A DNA stretch of 61,487 bases, counting the filler. It is 9 parts of 9 records of this genome, joined end to end, with 100 filler letters (N's around TTAATTAATTAA, not from the genome) between each part and the next. Parts side by side here need not be neighbours in the genome. Positions count along the whole stretch, not along the records: positions 5,419 to 11,260 come from SRR31156797_27146; positions 11,361 to 17,186 come from SRR31156797_27147; positions 17,287 to 22,951 come from SRR31156797_27150; 6 more parts are not named here. One strand, 5' to 3'. Made by a program: the position numbers and the translations under genes. Shown here piece after piece: positions 9,652-21,621 of the stretch. How positions within the stretch are numbered: position 1 is the stretch's first letter; each line of letters begins with the position of its first letter. The notes below the pieces were generated by a model that was given only the letters and a program-made list of their open reading frames with translations, was not told the DNA's origin and searched no databases.

Positions 9652-10866
9652 TCAGCAGTCGAAAAGGAGATGGGTCATGGTGATCCCGGACCGGCTGTTC
9701 ACAAAGGACGAGAAGGAGCAGCCCGTCTTCCGGCAGGCCTCTTCAAGGTGGCTCATGTAGTAGTAGAGGATCTCGGGATTATAGCTGGCGTCGCAGCGGC
9801 CTTCCTGTTCCAGATAGTCGCGCACGCCCCGCCTGTCGAGCTTGGAATTGTCCCGATGGAACAGGATATCGTTCATCTCCCGGGATTCGTTCTCGCCGTA
9901 GTAGACCATGGTCCGTATGCGGTAGCCCTGTCCCCGGCTGCTGCTGTTCCTGGTCTCGAAGAGAAAGCTGAACCTGGTCTCGGCAGAGATCTTTCTTTTT
10001 ATGAGCTCCTGCCGGATCTGATCGTTCATGGGATAGTCGTCCAGGCAGTGGCCGCCGTTCTTGAGGATGCGGTTGTAGAGGGTGATCAGATACTCCCTCT
10101 CGCTGCTCTGAAGGAACTCCAGGAGGACCAGAGACTTATACTCGGGGAGATCGAAACGCTCCACATAGGACGCTATCAGGGAGGCGGCTTCCTGCTGCAG
10201 CTGGCGGATCTCATCTATCTTTCCGTAGTTGAGAAGGATAAATTCGGACATGGGATGCATCTCGGTGATCAGTTTCTGGGCCATGCCCAGCTTCTTTATC
10301 TGTTCCTCGCCCTGGAACTGGTTGTAATGATTGGTCCACAGAAGGAGCAGAAGATTCCTGCGGTAGAGCTCCAGCTGCTCCGGCCTGGCGTTTATTTTGG
10401 CCCTCAGGCCGCCCATTGAACTCTCCGAAAAGGCGTCCAGCTTCTGGCGGGGATGGTTCCTGTTCCACTGGCGGACCAGACCGGTCCTCAGGGTTCTCTC
10501 CAGAAGATCGCGGCTGAACTGCTTATAGAGCACCGAAAAGGTCAGCAGCTTGGAGAGGTCCATGATATCCCTTCTATGGGAGATGACATCGTCCAGCCGC
10601 ACATCGATACGGGCCAGACAGTCCCTGCCCAGCAGCTTCCGAACCATGTCCGGTCTGTAGATGCTCACCGGGAGTTCATAACCGGAAAAACCCTTCTCCT
10701 TGCCGGGGACGTTCTTAAGAACGCTGAGCCCCGTCGTATTCAACACCAGAGTCATGGGCATGCGCAGGGGCTGAACCGAATCGGGCAGACAGACCGCTTT
10801 CAAGAGATCACCGGAGAGAGGAGGCGGAGGGGAATGGGTCCTTGCGGCAGAGGGCATCTTTGTCAT
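9652..10866 (-). CDS. Spirochaete-type conserved hypothetical protein
   Basis: 404-aa ORF with coding-like codon use. Segments MPMTLVL and DIMDLSKLLTFSVLYKQF are recalled from Treponema-type hypotheticals. Confidence 0.65.
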   Translation of the reverse strand: MTKMPSAARTHSPPPPLSGDLLKAVCLPDSVQPLRMPMTLVLNTTGLSVLKNVPGKEKGFSGYELPVSIYRPDMVRKLLGRDCLARIDVRLDDVISHRRDIMDLSKLLTFSVLYKQFSRDLLERTLRTGLVRQWNRNHPRQKLDAFSESSMGGLRAKINARPEQLELYRRNLLLLLWTNHYNQFQGEEQIKKLGMAQKLITEMHPMSEFILLNYGKIDEIRQLQQEAASLIASYVERFDLPEYKSLVLLEFLQSSEREYLITLYNRILKNGGHCLDDYPMNDQIRQELIKRKISAETRFSFLFETRNSSSRGQGYRIRTMVYYGENESREMNDILFHRDNSKLDRRGVRDYLEQEGRCDASYNPEILYYYMSHLEEACRKTGCSFSSFVNSRSGITMTHLLFDC

Positions 10867-10958
10867 GCTAATCTATAATCCCCCCAAGAGGGGGAAATGG
10901 TCAAGCGATTATTTTATTTTAACACCTTTCTCTTCAATATCTTATCGAAGGCCCGGCA

Positions 10959-11260
10959 TCAGAAATCCAGGCTGATTCGGTAGCCGCTGTGGGCTCTGAG
11001 GTTCAGCACCCGGCCGCCCCTGAAAATCAGATACTGCCCCTTGATTCCCTCCAGGACTCCTTCGATCAGAGGCTCTTTGTCAAGCTTCAGAGATTTGACC
11101 TTGTCCGGATAACTGAGGACGGGATAATCCAGCACTGTGGGCTCGGCATCCTCCGTCAGTCCCCGGGAGAGCTCTTCGGGAAGCTCTTCTCTCAGCCTCG
11201 CTTTGACCTCGGCCAGGTTCTCACTGGAGATCTGGTTCTTCAGCATCCTCTGCCAGTTGG
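10959..11260 (-). CDS. DUF2797 family protein, C-terminal part (5'-truncated)
   Basis: NWQRMLKN…YPVLSYPDKVKSLKLDK…GIKGQYLIF…LNLRAHSGY. Confidence 0.85.
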
Positions 11261-11360
11261 NNNNNNNNNNNNNNNNNNNNNNNNNNNNNNNNNNNNNNNN
11301 NNNNTTAATTAATTAANNNNNNNNNNNNNNNNNNNNNNNNNNNNNNNNNNNNNNNNNNNN
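11261..11360. other. Artificial contig spacer
   Basis: N44-TTAATTAATTAA-N44. Confidence 0.99.
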
Positions 11361-11362
11361 CC

Positions 11363-11389
11363 CGCACCTGGAAAGTGATCAAACAATAA
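11363..11389 (+). CDS. Last codons of an upstream gene ending …RTWKVIKQ*, resembling a T9SS type A sorting-domain terminus
   Basis: Hand translation cgc acc tgg aaa gtg atc aaa caa taa. Only 8 residues are visible. Confidence 0.5.
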   Translation, partial: RTWKVIKQ

Positions 11390-11421
11390 TTCATTGCTAA
11401 AAAACAAAAAAATTATGCGTT

Positions 11422-14400
11422 ATGAAAAAGTTATTGCTCTCAACCATAATCACCCTTGCAGTTATTGCCGGCTTCGGGCAAACCAAAGTTGATCCACAAA
11501 CCGGTGTCTCCTTTACCCTGGATCAGTCCCACGAACCGGAAGAGAGCTACGATTACAAAGCATCCGAGTTTGTTAAGTTAACCGGTACTAATGATTCACA
11601 GTTTGGCTACAATCCGAATTCAGGGCAATCCTTTCATGCCGTTACCGATCCATTATTGGTTGTTCCACCGGAAATTAATACAACAATTGGCCCCCCGGGT
11701 AACAATAATGGTGGCATAGTGGGTTCAATTAATGGTAGTTTTTCTGTTTCTGCAGGTGGGGGTGCCACTTATGATATTCCATTTGAATTCCCATCCGGAG
11801 TAAATGGGCACGCACCAAATTTATCCTTAGCATATTCAAGTACAGGTGGAGATGGTTTAATTTGTGATGGCTGGAGTTTACAAGGAATTCCGGTGATTTC
11901 ACGCTACCCTAAAACATATTACTACAATGATACTTCGCAAACCGTTGTGTTTTCGAATTACGATGAATTTGTACTAAACGGACAGCACTTGATTAAAATA
12001 AATGATAACGAATACCGTACAGAAAATGAATCATTTAACAAAATAGTCCCTATTGAAGGGGATGTAAATAACGGATTTATTCTATACCATGGTAATGGTA
12101 TGATTACAAAATTCGGTTCAGGACAAAATTCAAGGCATATATTGCAGGAATTTCCATTTCCTGTTGCGTGGTATGCAGACACAATTTTTGATCCGTTCAA
12201 AAACTATATTTCGATTGAGTACCATAACAATACTACTTTAGGGTATCTGTGCCCGAAGTATATTAAATACACAGGAAACTCAGTAAAAGGAACTAATCCC
12301 TTTTACAGGATAGAACTACACTATGAAGAACGAACTGATACACCGAAGAAATATTTTTATTATGAAAGCCCGTACAATGGTTTATTTTCAAAACAGGATA
12401 AACGCCTGGCTTCAATTAGTTGTGTTTATTTGCCAACTATGGAAGCAATTACGGAATATCAATTAAACTATCAACAGGCAGGGATTTTTAGTAAGTATTT
12501 TTTATCTTCTGTTACCCGATACGGTTCTGATGGATATTATTACAACCCTACTATTTTTGAATGGAAGCATAATGGCTATGATGTTGGATTGTTGTGTAGC
12601 GATTTTATATATTTTGAAGAAGGTGCCAATGAGACATCTTCGTATTTTAGTTCAGATTTTAACCGGGATGGTACGGACGACTTAATTCACTACTGGAGAA
12701 ACATGGATTACTTAATTGATTCCTTTTGCATTCATATGGGAGATGATTACCAGGGTTATTATTCAATAAACGCTGAGTTTTCTTACAAATTTATTTTTCC
12801 TGTAGTTTCTTTCCAAACGGGAGATTTTAATGGTGATGGTATAAATGACATTTTTTATGTGTACCTTCAAAATAATAAGTACAAATCAAAAATCATGTTC
12901 ATGGAATATGATGAATCCTCAAACTCATTTACTTATACGGATATGGATGTTATGAACCCATTATCTGCGAGTGCTTTTTTAAGCCCTACGTTTGTATTGG
13001 ACGATTTTACGGGAAATGGAATAACAGACTGTGCAGTTATGTACGAACCATCAGGTGCAAGCTATACAAATCTGTTCTTTTTTACCGGTACTGTTGTTGA
13101 TCCATTATCCGTATTTGTATCAGATGGATCAAATCAAACGTATGAGTGTGAACATTTTTTTGCACGTGATTTTGATGGCGACCATAAAACTGACTTAATG
13201 ATCATTACCGAATCCAATGCAAAAGTCTTTAAATTGACTTTAAACAATCAGATGATCACTTCGTATAATTGCACAAATAATTTCGTGAATATATATGGAA
13301 AAATTGCTAGTGGAGATTTTAACAATGATGGGAAATCTGATATTATCATTATAAACTATGATTCTAAAGAAAATATCAAATTGTATCATTCCTATGGTGA
13401 AGGTTTTGCAAATGCTGAAACACAAACAATAGAGGATTTACTTAGCGGTGGTTTTAACATTCCTCAAGTGCTTGATCTAAATGGTGATGGATTTGATGAT
13501 CTGGCTATTATCAAAGTAGTTTCAGGCATGCTACTTCGGGTTGATCTTTTTACGAAACCTGATGGGAAATCATTTATTACCGGTGGCTCATCACATTTAC
13601 TATATATTGGTAATAGCATTATTAACCAAGACTTTTTTGCATTCACCTGGTGCGAAAACTATAATTCCACTATGGTCGACATGGTTTTTACATATTTTGA
13701 TATTGAAACTTTAGACAATTATGGTGTCCGTGTTTTCGCTGATGAAACAAATTGTAATTATAATGTTATTACCAAAATCACCAATGGTTTCGGGGAAGAA
13801 ACCAATATCTTTTATGAGCAAATTGACAATTATAGCAGCTACTCTAAAGGTAAAGAAGAACCCTCTCCTATTTGGATGATTAATAGAGGTATGTCAATAG
13901 TTACGCAATATGAAAAGGAATCGGGAAATAATACTTTTTATCAGACAGAGATAAAATATAAAGGAGCTAAATATCACAGATTTGGTAAAGGATTTCTGGG
14001 ATTTGATGAAGTAACTTTTCAGAACGAATCGAACGGAAGAACAACTACTACTTATTACAGCCATAACAATCCCTTCTACCACGTGCAAATCGACAGCATT
14101 AAAAACTGGCTTACATCTTCAGGGGCATTACTCGACCGGATTAAGAATATATACCATTTTCACGATCTTGGGAATAAGCGTTTTTATCAGTATCTGTCAG
14201 CTACAGTTAACGAAAAATTCGAGCTGGATGGGCAACTAAGTGATTATTCTGTACAAACAAACACCCATCATTTGAACTCCCAGGGATTGCTTTATCGCAT
14301 TGAAGAGAACTTTCAAAAATCAATAGACGATGAATGGGTTAATAAATATTCCAACATTTCATTGAAAAACCTCATCAGTGGAGCAAAGTGGGTGTTGGGT

Positions 14401-17186
14401 TTGAAAGATACTATACGAACAACACATACTTCATACAATGATGATCCGATTCAAAGGGTCACTGTAAAAGAGTATTTTGCTCAAAATGGAGCAGTCAAAA
14501 AAACAATCATTGAACCTGATAATCCCAAGAAAAAGGAAACCACCTACCTCTATGATGACTATGGAAACAATACCGAAACAGCACTTTTGACAACCGGTTT
14601 ATCTGACCGGATTACGACAAAAACTTATACAAATGACGGTAGGTTTATTGATTCATTAATAAATGCCATGGGGCATGTCACGCAGTATCAGTTTTATCCA
14701 AAAACCGGCTTATTGCAAACGGAAATTGATCCAAATCAAAAGGCAACTACCTTTTTTTATGATGGTTTTGGGCGAAAAATAACTACGGTTTATCCTGATG
14801 GAATACGAACTGAAACCCGTTTACTCTGGGCAGATCACCCTGATATGCCTCTATGGAGTTGTTATTACAAATGGGCAAAAACGTCCGATTCACCTGAAAG
14901 CATTGTGTTTTATGATAACCTAAACCGTGAGATGCGCACAGTAACCACTGGCTTTGATGGGCAAAAAATTTATATTGACAAGCAATACTATTTATTTGGA
15001 AATCATAAGGGCCTTGTCCGCTCTGTGTCAAACCCTTATTTTGCCTCTTATCCCACGAAACCACAAACGTTTTATACTACTTACACGTACGATGAACTTC
15101 GAAGAAAATCAACTGTTACTGCACCCGATGGCGTTGTTACCATCTACAACTATAGTAAAAAACAAGTAACAACAACAACTGTGGCCGGTAATGAAACCCG
15201 CATTAAAAGGAAAAAACTCGATGCAGCAGGCAGACTGGTTTGTAGCCAGGATATGGTAAACAATATTTCTGTTATTAACAGTTACTACAGCAACGGGTTG
15301 CTTAAAGAAACGTGGACGGGTGGCGATGAAAACTCGAAAATTTCAAACTTTTATGATACTTTTGGCAACCTTGATACTATAATTGATCCCAATATGGGAA
15401 TGATAGTGAAAACATACAACCAGTTTGGCGAAGTAATTTCTGAAACTGATGCAAACAACAATACTACTATTTTTGCATACGATCAGCTCGGGCGTTTAGT
15501 CAACCGTTCGGAGGATGATGCAATTACAACCTGGCAATATGATACCCAGGATTTTGGCATTGGTAAACTGCACTATACAACATGTAATTTTACTGACGAA
15601 AGCAGCAACATTACAATTTCGACGGATGAATACTTTTACGATTCATATGGCAGACAAATCAGGAATGAAAAAACCATTAACGGCCAAACGTTCGTTACCC
15701 AAACTACAAGAGATGTATTTGGCAGGGTAAAACAAACTATTTATCCATCTGGTTACACTATAAAAAATCATTATAACAATTACGGTTATCTTGGTAGGAT
15801 CTCAGGCCCTGATGCTGTAACCCTCTGGGAAGCTAACCAATTGAACAGTGTTGGTAAAATAGAAGAGATGACCATGGGCGGGATTATTCACACAAATTAT
15901 ACTTACCAACTTGATAATTTCAGAATTACTTCAATAGAATCCGGGAAAAACAGTGTTAATGATTTACAAAACATACACTACCAGTGGTTTGGTATCGGAA
16001 ACCTTGATTACAGGCAGGATCAAAATAAGGATATCACTGAAAGTTTTATTTATGATGATCTTGACCGGCTGCGTTATTCTTATATTAATAGTAATCAGCA
16101 ACTGGAACAGCAGTATTATGATAATGGAAACATAAGCTTTAAAAATGATGTCGGTACATATCAGTACGATCCTTCAGGTGCTAAGCCAAATACTGTTACA
16201 TCAATTAACGATCCTGTACCGGAGATGCTTGATTTACCTGATCAACTGGTAAATTACACTTCATTTAGCAAAGCAGCACACATTTCACAAGGTGACTACA
16301 TAATAGACATTGCCTATGGCAGTAATCATAACAGGGTATTGCAAAGAGTTGTTGATGGCGTTGGAAACACTTCTACAAAAACTTATGCCGGCGGATTGTA
16401 TGAGAAAATTGAAAACAGCGACGGGACGGCAAAAGAACTGCAATATCTGAGTTCTCCAATAGGCATTTTTGCTATAGTTTCTACAGATGAAAACGGTAAT
16501 GAATCTATTCATTATTTACTTAAAGATCATCTTGGCAGCATAACTGGAGTACTTGACAAAAATGGGAATACGGTTGAGGAATTAAACTACGATGCATGGG
16601 GACGCCGCAGAAACCCACAAGATTGGAGTTATAATAATGTACAGGAAATTTTCCTTTTTGATCGCGGATACACCGGCCATGAGCACTTGGATGACATTGG
16701 CCTGATAAACATGAACGGCAGGATTTTCGACCCGCTGGTGGCCCGTTTTTTAAGCCCCGACCCAATCATCCAGGATACTGAAAACTCACAAAACTACAAC
16801 GGATACAGCTATTGCCTGAACAATCCCATGAAATATACCGATCCGTCAGGGTATTCTTTCTGGTCGACCTTAGGTCTATCAATTGACCGTTCTTTATATT
16901 CATTGGTAAATATTTTAACAATACCTGCACGTTTACCCTCAACAATAGGCTCTCCCGGATATTTCAATTTAGATTATATTTTGCATGGCACTATTCCCGG
17001 GCCCGGTAGCCCTTATTATTTTTATATGCCCGTACAGGGATCCGACTTTAGGTACACATTCTGGCCATTGGAGTCGAATTTTTACCGTGGTAACGATGGT
17101 CGTGAAATGGGAGGTGGTTCTCATTGGGGTTTCCAATACATGATGGCCATAGCAGTGGAAATTAAAGAGGAAGGTGATTATAACAA
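11422..17186 (+). CDS. Secreted SpvB/FG-GAP/YD-repeat Rhs protein (polymorphic toxin-like), 3'-truncated
   Basis: Sec signal peptide; SpvB-like GGATYDIPFEFPSG…LSLAYSS; several DFNxDGxxD repeats; GKGFLGF; YD repeats; Rhs core RGYTGHEH…NNPMKYTDPSGY. Confidence 0.93.
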
Positions 17187-17286
17187 NNNNNNNNNNNNNN
17201 NNNNNNNNNNNNNNNNNNNNNNNNNNNNNNTTAATTAATTAANNNNNNNNNNNNNNNNNNNNNNNNNNNNNNNNNNNNNNNNNNNN
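17187..17286. other. Artificial contig spacer
   Basis: N44-TTAATTAATTAA-N44. Confidence 0.99.
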
Positions 17287-17767
17287 AGTTTTGGGTGATG
17301 TTCGTAAAGTAAGTTCCCATCTCAGGTTTTCTTACCAGCGAGCGGTCAATCACCATCAGGGGAACCCCGGCGTCCGTTGCCATGTCAATCACCGGATCAA
17401 GGGGTTCATCCTGATTTGGAGAGAGGATCAGCATATCGGGCTGCATTGCCAGTAAGGTTTCGCAGTCCATCAGCTGACGGGCGGAATCGGCGTGGGAGTT
17501 GGTCCAGACATAGTTGATTCCGGGTTTCATATCCTTGTACATAGTGGCCCAGTCCTGCATAGACTGTACAAAGGCCCAACGCCATGTGTTATTCATATCA
17601 CCGTTGGAAAAGGTGATAAGGTACTTCGACTTGGGAGCTTCAATATTTTCTCCACCCTCTGTCGCCGCAGCTGCAGCCGGTTCGGCAGCATCCTGCTGAC
17701 CACCCGCAAAAAGAACACCTGTAAAAAGCAGGCTCAGGCAAATCAGCATCAGAAACAATTTCTTCAT
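17287..17767 (-). CDS. Sugar ABC transporter substrate-binding protein (RbsB-like), 3'-truncated
   Basis: Spirochaete-style signal (…LFAGGQQD); FSNGDMNNTWR, LILSP and AGVPLMVIDR; AGGAGG SD. Confidence 0.85.
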
Positions 17768-17797
17768 TTCTTCCTCCTGTATGTTATATGAATACAG

Positions 17798-17809
17798 ATT
17801 GTATACAAT
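17798..17809. promoter_or_regulatory. Palindromic operator ATTGTATACAAT (GntR/FadR-like)
   Basis: Perfect 12-bp palindrome in the divergent promoter region, flanked by further ATACA boxes. Confidence 0.6.
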
Positions 17810-17819
17810 GGATATACAG

Positions 17820-17848
17820 TTGTCAAGGAAAAAAATATCGTCTACTAT
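17820..17848 (+). promoter_or_regulatory. Sigma70-type promoter, probably leaderless transcript
   Basis: TTGTCA-N17-TACTAT, ATG 6 nt downstream, no SD. Confidence 0.6.
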
Positions 17849-17854
17849 GCTTTT

Positions 17855-18085
17855 ATGAAGATCAGAGTGATTGGATACGGTACCATCGTCCGGAGATTAG
17901 GAGATGACGGGGAAATAGAACTTGAAATTCCACAGGATACAGAAGTAAACAGAATCCTTGAAATACTCGGAATAACGAAATCAGAAGCAGGAATCATCTC
18001 TTTCAACGGTAAACTGATCCGGATTAACACGCCTCTTTCAGGGAGTGGGGATCTGATTATTTCCAATCAAATCGGCGGGGGCTAA
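17855..18085 (+). CDS. MoaD/ThiS family ubiquitin-like sulfur carrier
   Basis: 76 aa, beta-grasp pattern, C-terminal IGGG. Confidence 0.8.
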   Translation: MKIRVIGYGTIVRRLGDDGEIELEIPQDTEVNRILEILGITKSEAGIISFNGKLIRINTPLSGSGDLIISNQIGGG

Positions 18086-18095
18086 ATCCCTCCCC

Positions 18096-19952
18096 CTACT
18101 TTTCCGGATTGGCCGCCGTCCAGGCTGTGTCTACCGCATCCGCGTCGGACTCACCATCCAGAGTCATCAGCTCCTCAAGGGACGCCTGATGATTCCGATA
18201 CAGAGAGATATAGTTCTCCGCATCATTCCGGTGAATTCTGTAAAGTTCCGGCATCATCTCTTCATCCTTTTTCCTGAACAGACGCATCAAACGGTAGGCT
18301 TCATAGGGATCACTTCCCAGAAGTTCAAGGGCATCACGGCCGAGAGCCAGGGCACTGCCGAAGGTCTCCCGTCGAATGGTTTTAACCCCCATATCCATCA
18401 GTTCATAGACCGAAGAACGATCGGAGGCGTTGGCGGCAATTTTCAGATGCGGATAGTGTTTGCGCGCCAGTTCGATCAGCCTCCTGGTTTTTTCAATATC
18501 ATCTATTGTAATGATCAGAAGTTCCGCCTCACCGGCTCCTGCAGCCTCCAGAAGGTCGAGCCTTATTATATCGCCGTAATAAACTTCAAACCCGAACTTC
18601 CGCAGAATATCAACATTAGCCGCATCATGATCGAGGATTACAGGTCGGCAGCCGGCGGAAATAAGAAATCGGCCAATATCCAATCCCATCCGGCCGAATC
18701 CCGCGAGAATCACCTTATGGCCGCTCTTGTCAATGGAATCCGGTTCCCGCAGGTTTTCCCCTTCCCTCTTTTCTCCGGAACCCAGACGGTCGTGTACAAG
18801 AAACAGGAGGGGGGCAAGAAACATGGAGAGAGCCACAGCAGACACAAGAGGCTCCGTAACCGCGGGAGGAAGCACACCACTGCTCCCGGATAACTGGAAG
18901 AGGACAAAGGCGAACTCTCCACCCTGGGCCAGAGCCACGGCAAAAAGGGAACGATCCTTCCTTTTTATCCGGAAAACAGTCCCGATGATAATCAGGGCCA
19001 GGGACTTAACGAGAAAAAGCCCCGCCGTGATTCCGGCAATAAGAAGAAGATTCTCTCTGATAAGGATGAAATTGAGTCCCGCCCCGATGGAGATAAAGAA
19101 TACTCCGAGGAGCAGTCCTTTGAAGGGTTCTATATCACTTTCCAGCTCATGGCGGTATTCGCTGTCCGCAAGAACGACTCCGGCGAGAAAGGTTCCCAGG
19201 GCCGGTGACAGGCCGACGGCCGTCATCAGCAGGGATATCCCTACAACCATGGCCAGGGCGGCAGCGGTGAAAATCTCCCGGATCCGGGTTTTCGCAATGG
19301 CACGGAATATCGGCCGACTGGCGAATTTTGCCAAAAAGAAAATAAGAAGGACTGCCAGGAGGGTGACGATGAGCTGAAGGTATCCCGGCAGGCTGCTGAT
19401 ATCGAAAAGGAGATGAGCATTATGCCCCGCCTCATGAACAGGGACTGTCGCAAGAAGAGGAAGCACCGCCAGCATGGGAATCACCGCCAGATCCTGAAAG
19501 AGAAGGACCGAAAAAACCGAACGCCCGCCCGAGGCATTCATCAGGCCTTTTTCCTTCAAGGTCTGCAGGACAATAGCCGTGGAGGAGAGGGCGAGGATAA
19601 GTCCCACAGCCAGAGCCTGCTGCCAGGGCAGGAAGAACAGGGCCGCACCTCCCAGGAGGAGGGCCGAAAGTACCACCTGCATCCCGCCCATTCCGAGGAT
19701 CGGGGTTCGCATCTGCCAGAGCATTGAGGGTTTCAGTTCCAGACCGACAAGGAATAGCATCATCACCACCCCGAATTCGGTGAAATGCATCACCTCCTCA
19801 ACCGCCCCGATGAGAGAGAGACCGTAGGGACCGATAACAATCCCGGCGATGAGGTATCCTAGGACAGAACCGAGGCCCAGTTTCCCGGCCAGGGGAACGG
19901 CTATTGCGGCGGCGGCCAGAAAAATAAAAAGCTGCAGAAGAAATCCGTCCAT
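18096..19952 (-). CDS. KefB/KefC-family potassium efflux antiporter
   Basis: [18 protein letters not shown] regulatory loop; KTN domain AGFGRMG; RETF. Confidence 0.92.
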   Translation of the reverse strand: MDGFLLQLFIFLAAAAIAVPLAGKLGLGSVLGYLIAGIVIGPYGLSLIGAVEEVMHFTEFGVVMMLFLVGLELKPSMLWQMRTPILGMGGMQVVLSALLLGGAALFFLPWQQALAVGLILALSSTAIVLQTLKEKGLMNASGGRSVFSVLLFQDLAVIPMLAVLPLLATVPVHEAGHNAHLLFDISSLPGYLQLIVTLLAVLLIFFLAKFASRPIFRAIAKTRIREIFTAAALAMVVGISLLMTAVGLSPALGTFLAGVVLADSEYRHELESDIEPFKGLLLGVFFISIGAGLNFILIRENLLLIAGITAGLFLVKSLALIIIGTVFRIKRKDRSLFAVALAQGGEFAFVLFQLSGSSGVLPPAVTEPLVSAVALSMFLAPLLFLVHDRLGSGEKREGENLREPDSIDKSGHKVILAGFGRMGLDIGRFLISAGCRPVILDHDAANVDILRKFGFEVYYGDIIRLDLLEAAGAGEAELLIITIDDIEKTRRLIELARKHYPHLKIAANASDRSSVYELMDMGVKTIRRETFGSALALGRDALELLGSDPYEAYRLMRLFRKKDEEMMPELYRIHRNDAENYISLYRNHQASLEELMTLDGESDADAVDTAWTAANPEK

Positions 19953-20563
19953 TACAATTCCCTCCTGATAACAGCATCGAGATTGCTGTTGAGGTAAAGC
20001 CCTTCGGGAACCGCAGAGGGGTCCAGAGTTTCATCACGAAGGGCAATCACCACCCGGCGGAAATCTTCGGCATGGAGTTTCACCGTCTCCTCAGCCAGGC
20101 CACGGTGTATCCCGAGAACCGCAAAGGGAGGGAGCCAGTTCATCCCGCAAAGTTTTGCCGTAGCCCTGAAGGGCAGGGTGAGGTCATTAAGGGTAAACTC
20201 GTTATACCCCTCCTTACGATAGGTGGAGTCATCCCCTCCGGCAGTGATCGCCTGGAGAAAAGTTTTTCCTGCCAGAGCCGTCCCCCTCGAACCGTACGCC
20301 CAGCCGTGCTGAAGGACAAGGTCCTGCCACTCTTTAACAATCGACGGCGCCGAATACCAATAGAAAGGGTGCTGAAAAATGATGATGTCATGCTCAAGAC
20401 AGAGGCTCTGCTCCCGCTCCACATCGATTAGAAAATCAGGATAACTGGAATAAAGATCATTAAAAGTGATCCCCTCAACACTCTCAACCGCGCGGCGAAG
20501 AGCTTTATTAATCTTCGATCTCGATTGGGCGGGATGGGCAAAATTGATTAGAACCCTCTTCAT
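19952..20563 (-). CDS. KefF/KefG-like NAD(P)H oxidoreductase (flavodoxin-like)
   Basis: [21 protein letters not shown] and GWAYG; coupled to the Kef gene. Confidence 0.92.
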   Translation of the reverse strand: MKRVLINFAHPAQSRSKINKALRRAVESVEGITFNDLYSSYPDFLIDVEREQSLCLEHDIIIFQHPFYWYSAPSIVKEWQDLVLQHGWAYGSRGTALAGKTFLQAITAGGDDSTYRKEGYNEFTLNDLTLPFRATAKLCGMNWLPPFAVLGIHRGLAEETVKLHAEDFRRVVIALRDETLDPSAVPEGLYLNSNLDAVIRREL

Positions 20564-20580
20564 ATCAGCTCCTTTCTGAC

Positions 20581-21396
20581 CTAAAACAGTTGAGCGAGAA
20601 GGGACTCGATTCGCCCGACGATCTTAGCATTTTTATCCGCATTCAGAGCATCCGGATGGGGAGAACCGAAAATCCCCCGATCATTGTCGAAGTATTTTCC
20701 CCCTGCGTCGGCAAACTCATCGGAAAGGGCCGCCCGGGTCAGGATATCCGCCCCTATCCTGAGATCACCGCCGGAAACACCGTAGGCCTCCTTCACCATC
20801 TTGGATCCCAGTAGAGAGGCGGGGTTCACGGCCACAATCATCGGCCCCGACTCTCCGAGCACATCAGACATATGCCTGGTCCACATGGTAAGGGCCAGTT
20901 TGCTCATGGCATAGGCCGCTCCGTCGGGGTACTGACCTTTGGATTCACCGCCAAGAGCCTCGGGATCGACGGAAGACTGGGCGGCGGAAGAGAGGTTTAC
21001 CACCCGGCCCTCGCTCCCCAGAAGAGGCAGAAGTTCTTTCATCAGCAGGTAGGGAGCCACGGTGTTTACGGCGAACCGGAGGTCCAGTCCTTCCGAGGTC
21101 AGAGTTTCAGGAACCTTGAAGACTCCGGCGTTATTGATAAGGACATCCAGACTTTTGTATCGGTCCGTGATGTTCCGGGCAAGCTTTTTCACATCAGCCA
21201 TTAGTGAGAGGTCGGCCAGAAAGGTTTCAACATCATCCCCACCCTCTATCTTCGAGAGAAGGCCCTCTACTTTATCGAGTTTTTCGGGATTCCGTCCGTG
21301 AATCAGGACATGATGTCCTTTTGAGACCAGCAGTTTGGCCGTTTCAAGACCGATCCCATCGGTCGCTCCGGTTATAAGAATTGTTTTCCGGTCCAT
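20581..21396 (-). CDS. Short-chain dehydrogenase/reductase
   Basis: [14 protein letters not shown] and YAMSK. Confidence 0.93.
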   Translation of the reverse strand: MDRKTILITGATDGIGLETAKLLVSKGHHVLIHGRNPEKLDKVEGLLSKIEGGDDVETFLADLSLMADVKKLARNITDRYKSLDVLINNAGVFKVPETLTSEGLDLRFAVNTVAPYLLMKELLPLLGSEGRVVNLSSAAQSSVDPEALGGESKGQYPDGAAYAMSKLALTMWTRHMSDVLGESGPMIVAVNPASLLGSKMVKEAYGVSGGDLRIGADILTRAALSDEFADAGGKYFDNDRGIFGSPHPDALNADKNAKIVGRIESLLAQLF

Positions 21397-21548
21397 ATAT
21401 CCTCCAGAATTACAGAAATATTTTCATTATGAACCAAAACTAAACAGTATAGGCAATTTAGTCAAGTAGGTTCTTTTTTTATTTATAGCATCTAAATGTA
21501 TACCACTAAAACAAACCCCTTCCCGTCCCTTCCCTTCCCTGACCACTA

Positions 21549-21577
21549 TAGACTGTATGTAAAAATCAGCATATAAT
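21549..21577 (+). promoter_or_regulatory. Sigma70-type promoter of the HxlR gene
   Basis: TAGACT-N17-TATAAT. Confidence 0.6.
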
Positions 21578-21621
21578 ACCATATCAGCATGTCAGGCACA
21601 GATTGTATACCGGAGAAAAGA

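Noticed and set aside
17231..17238. Apparent overlap or toxin-immunity pairing between the Rhs ORF and the next minus-strand ORF
   Set aside because: Both ORFs run into the artificial spacer and belong to different contigs.
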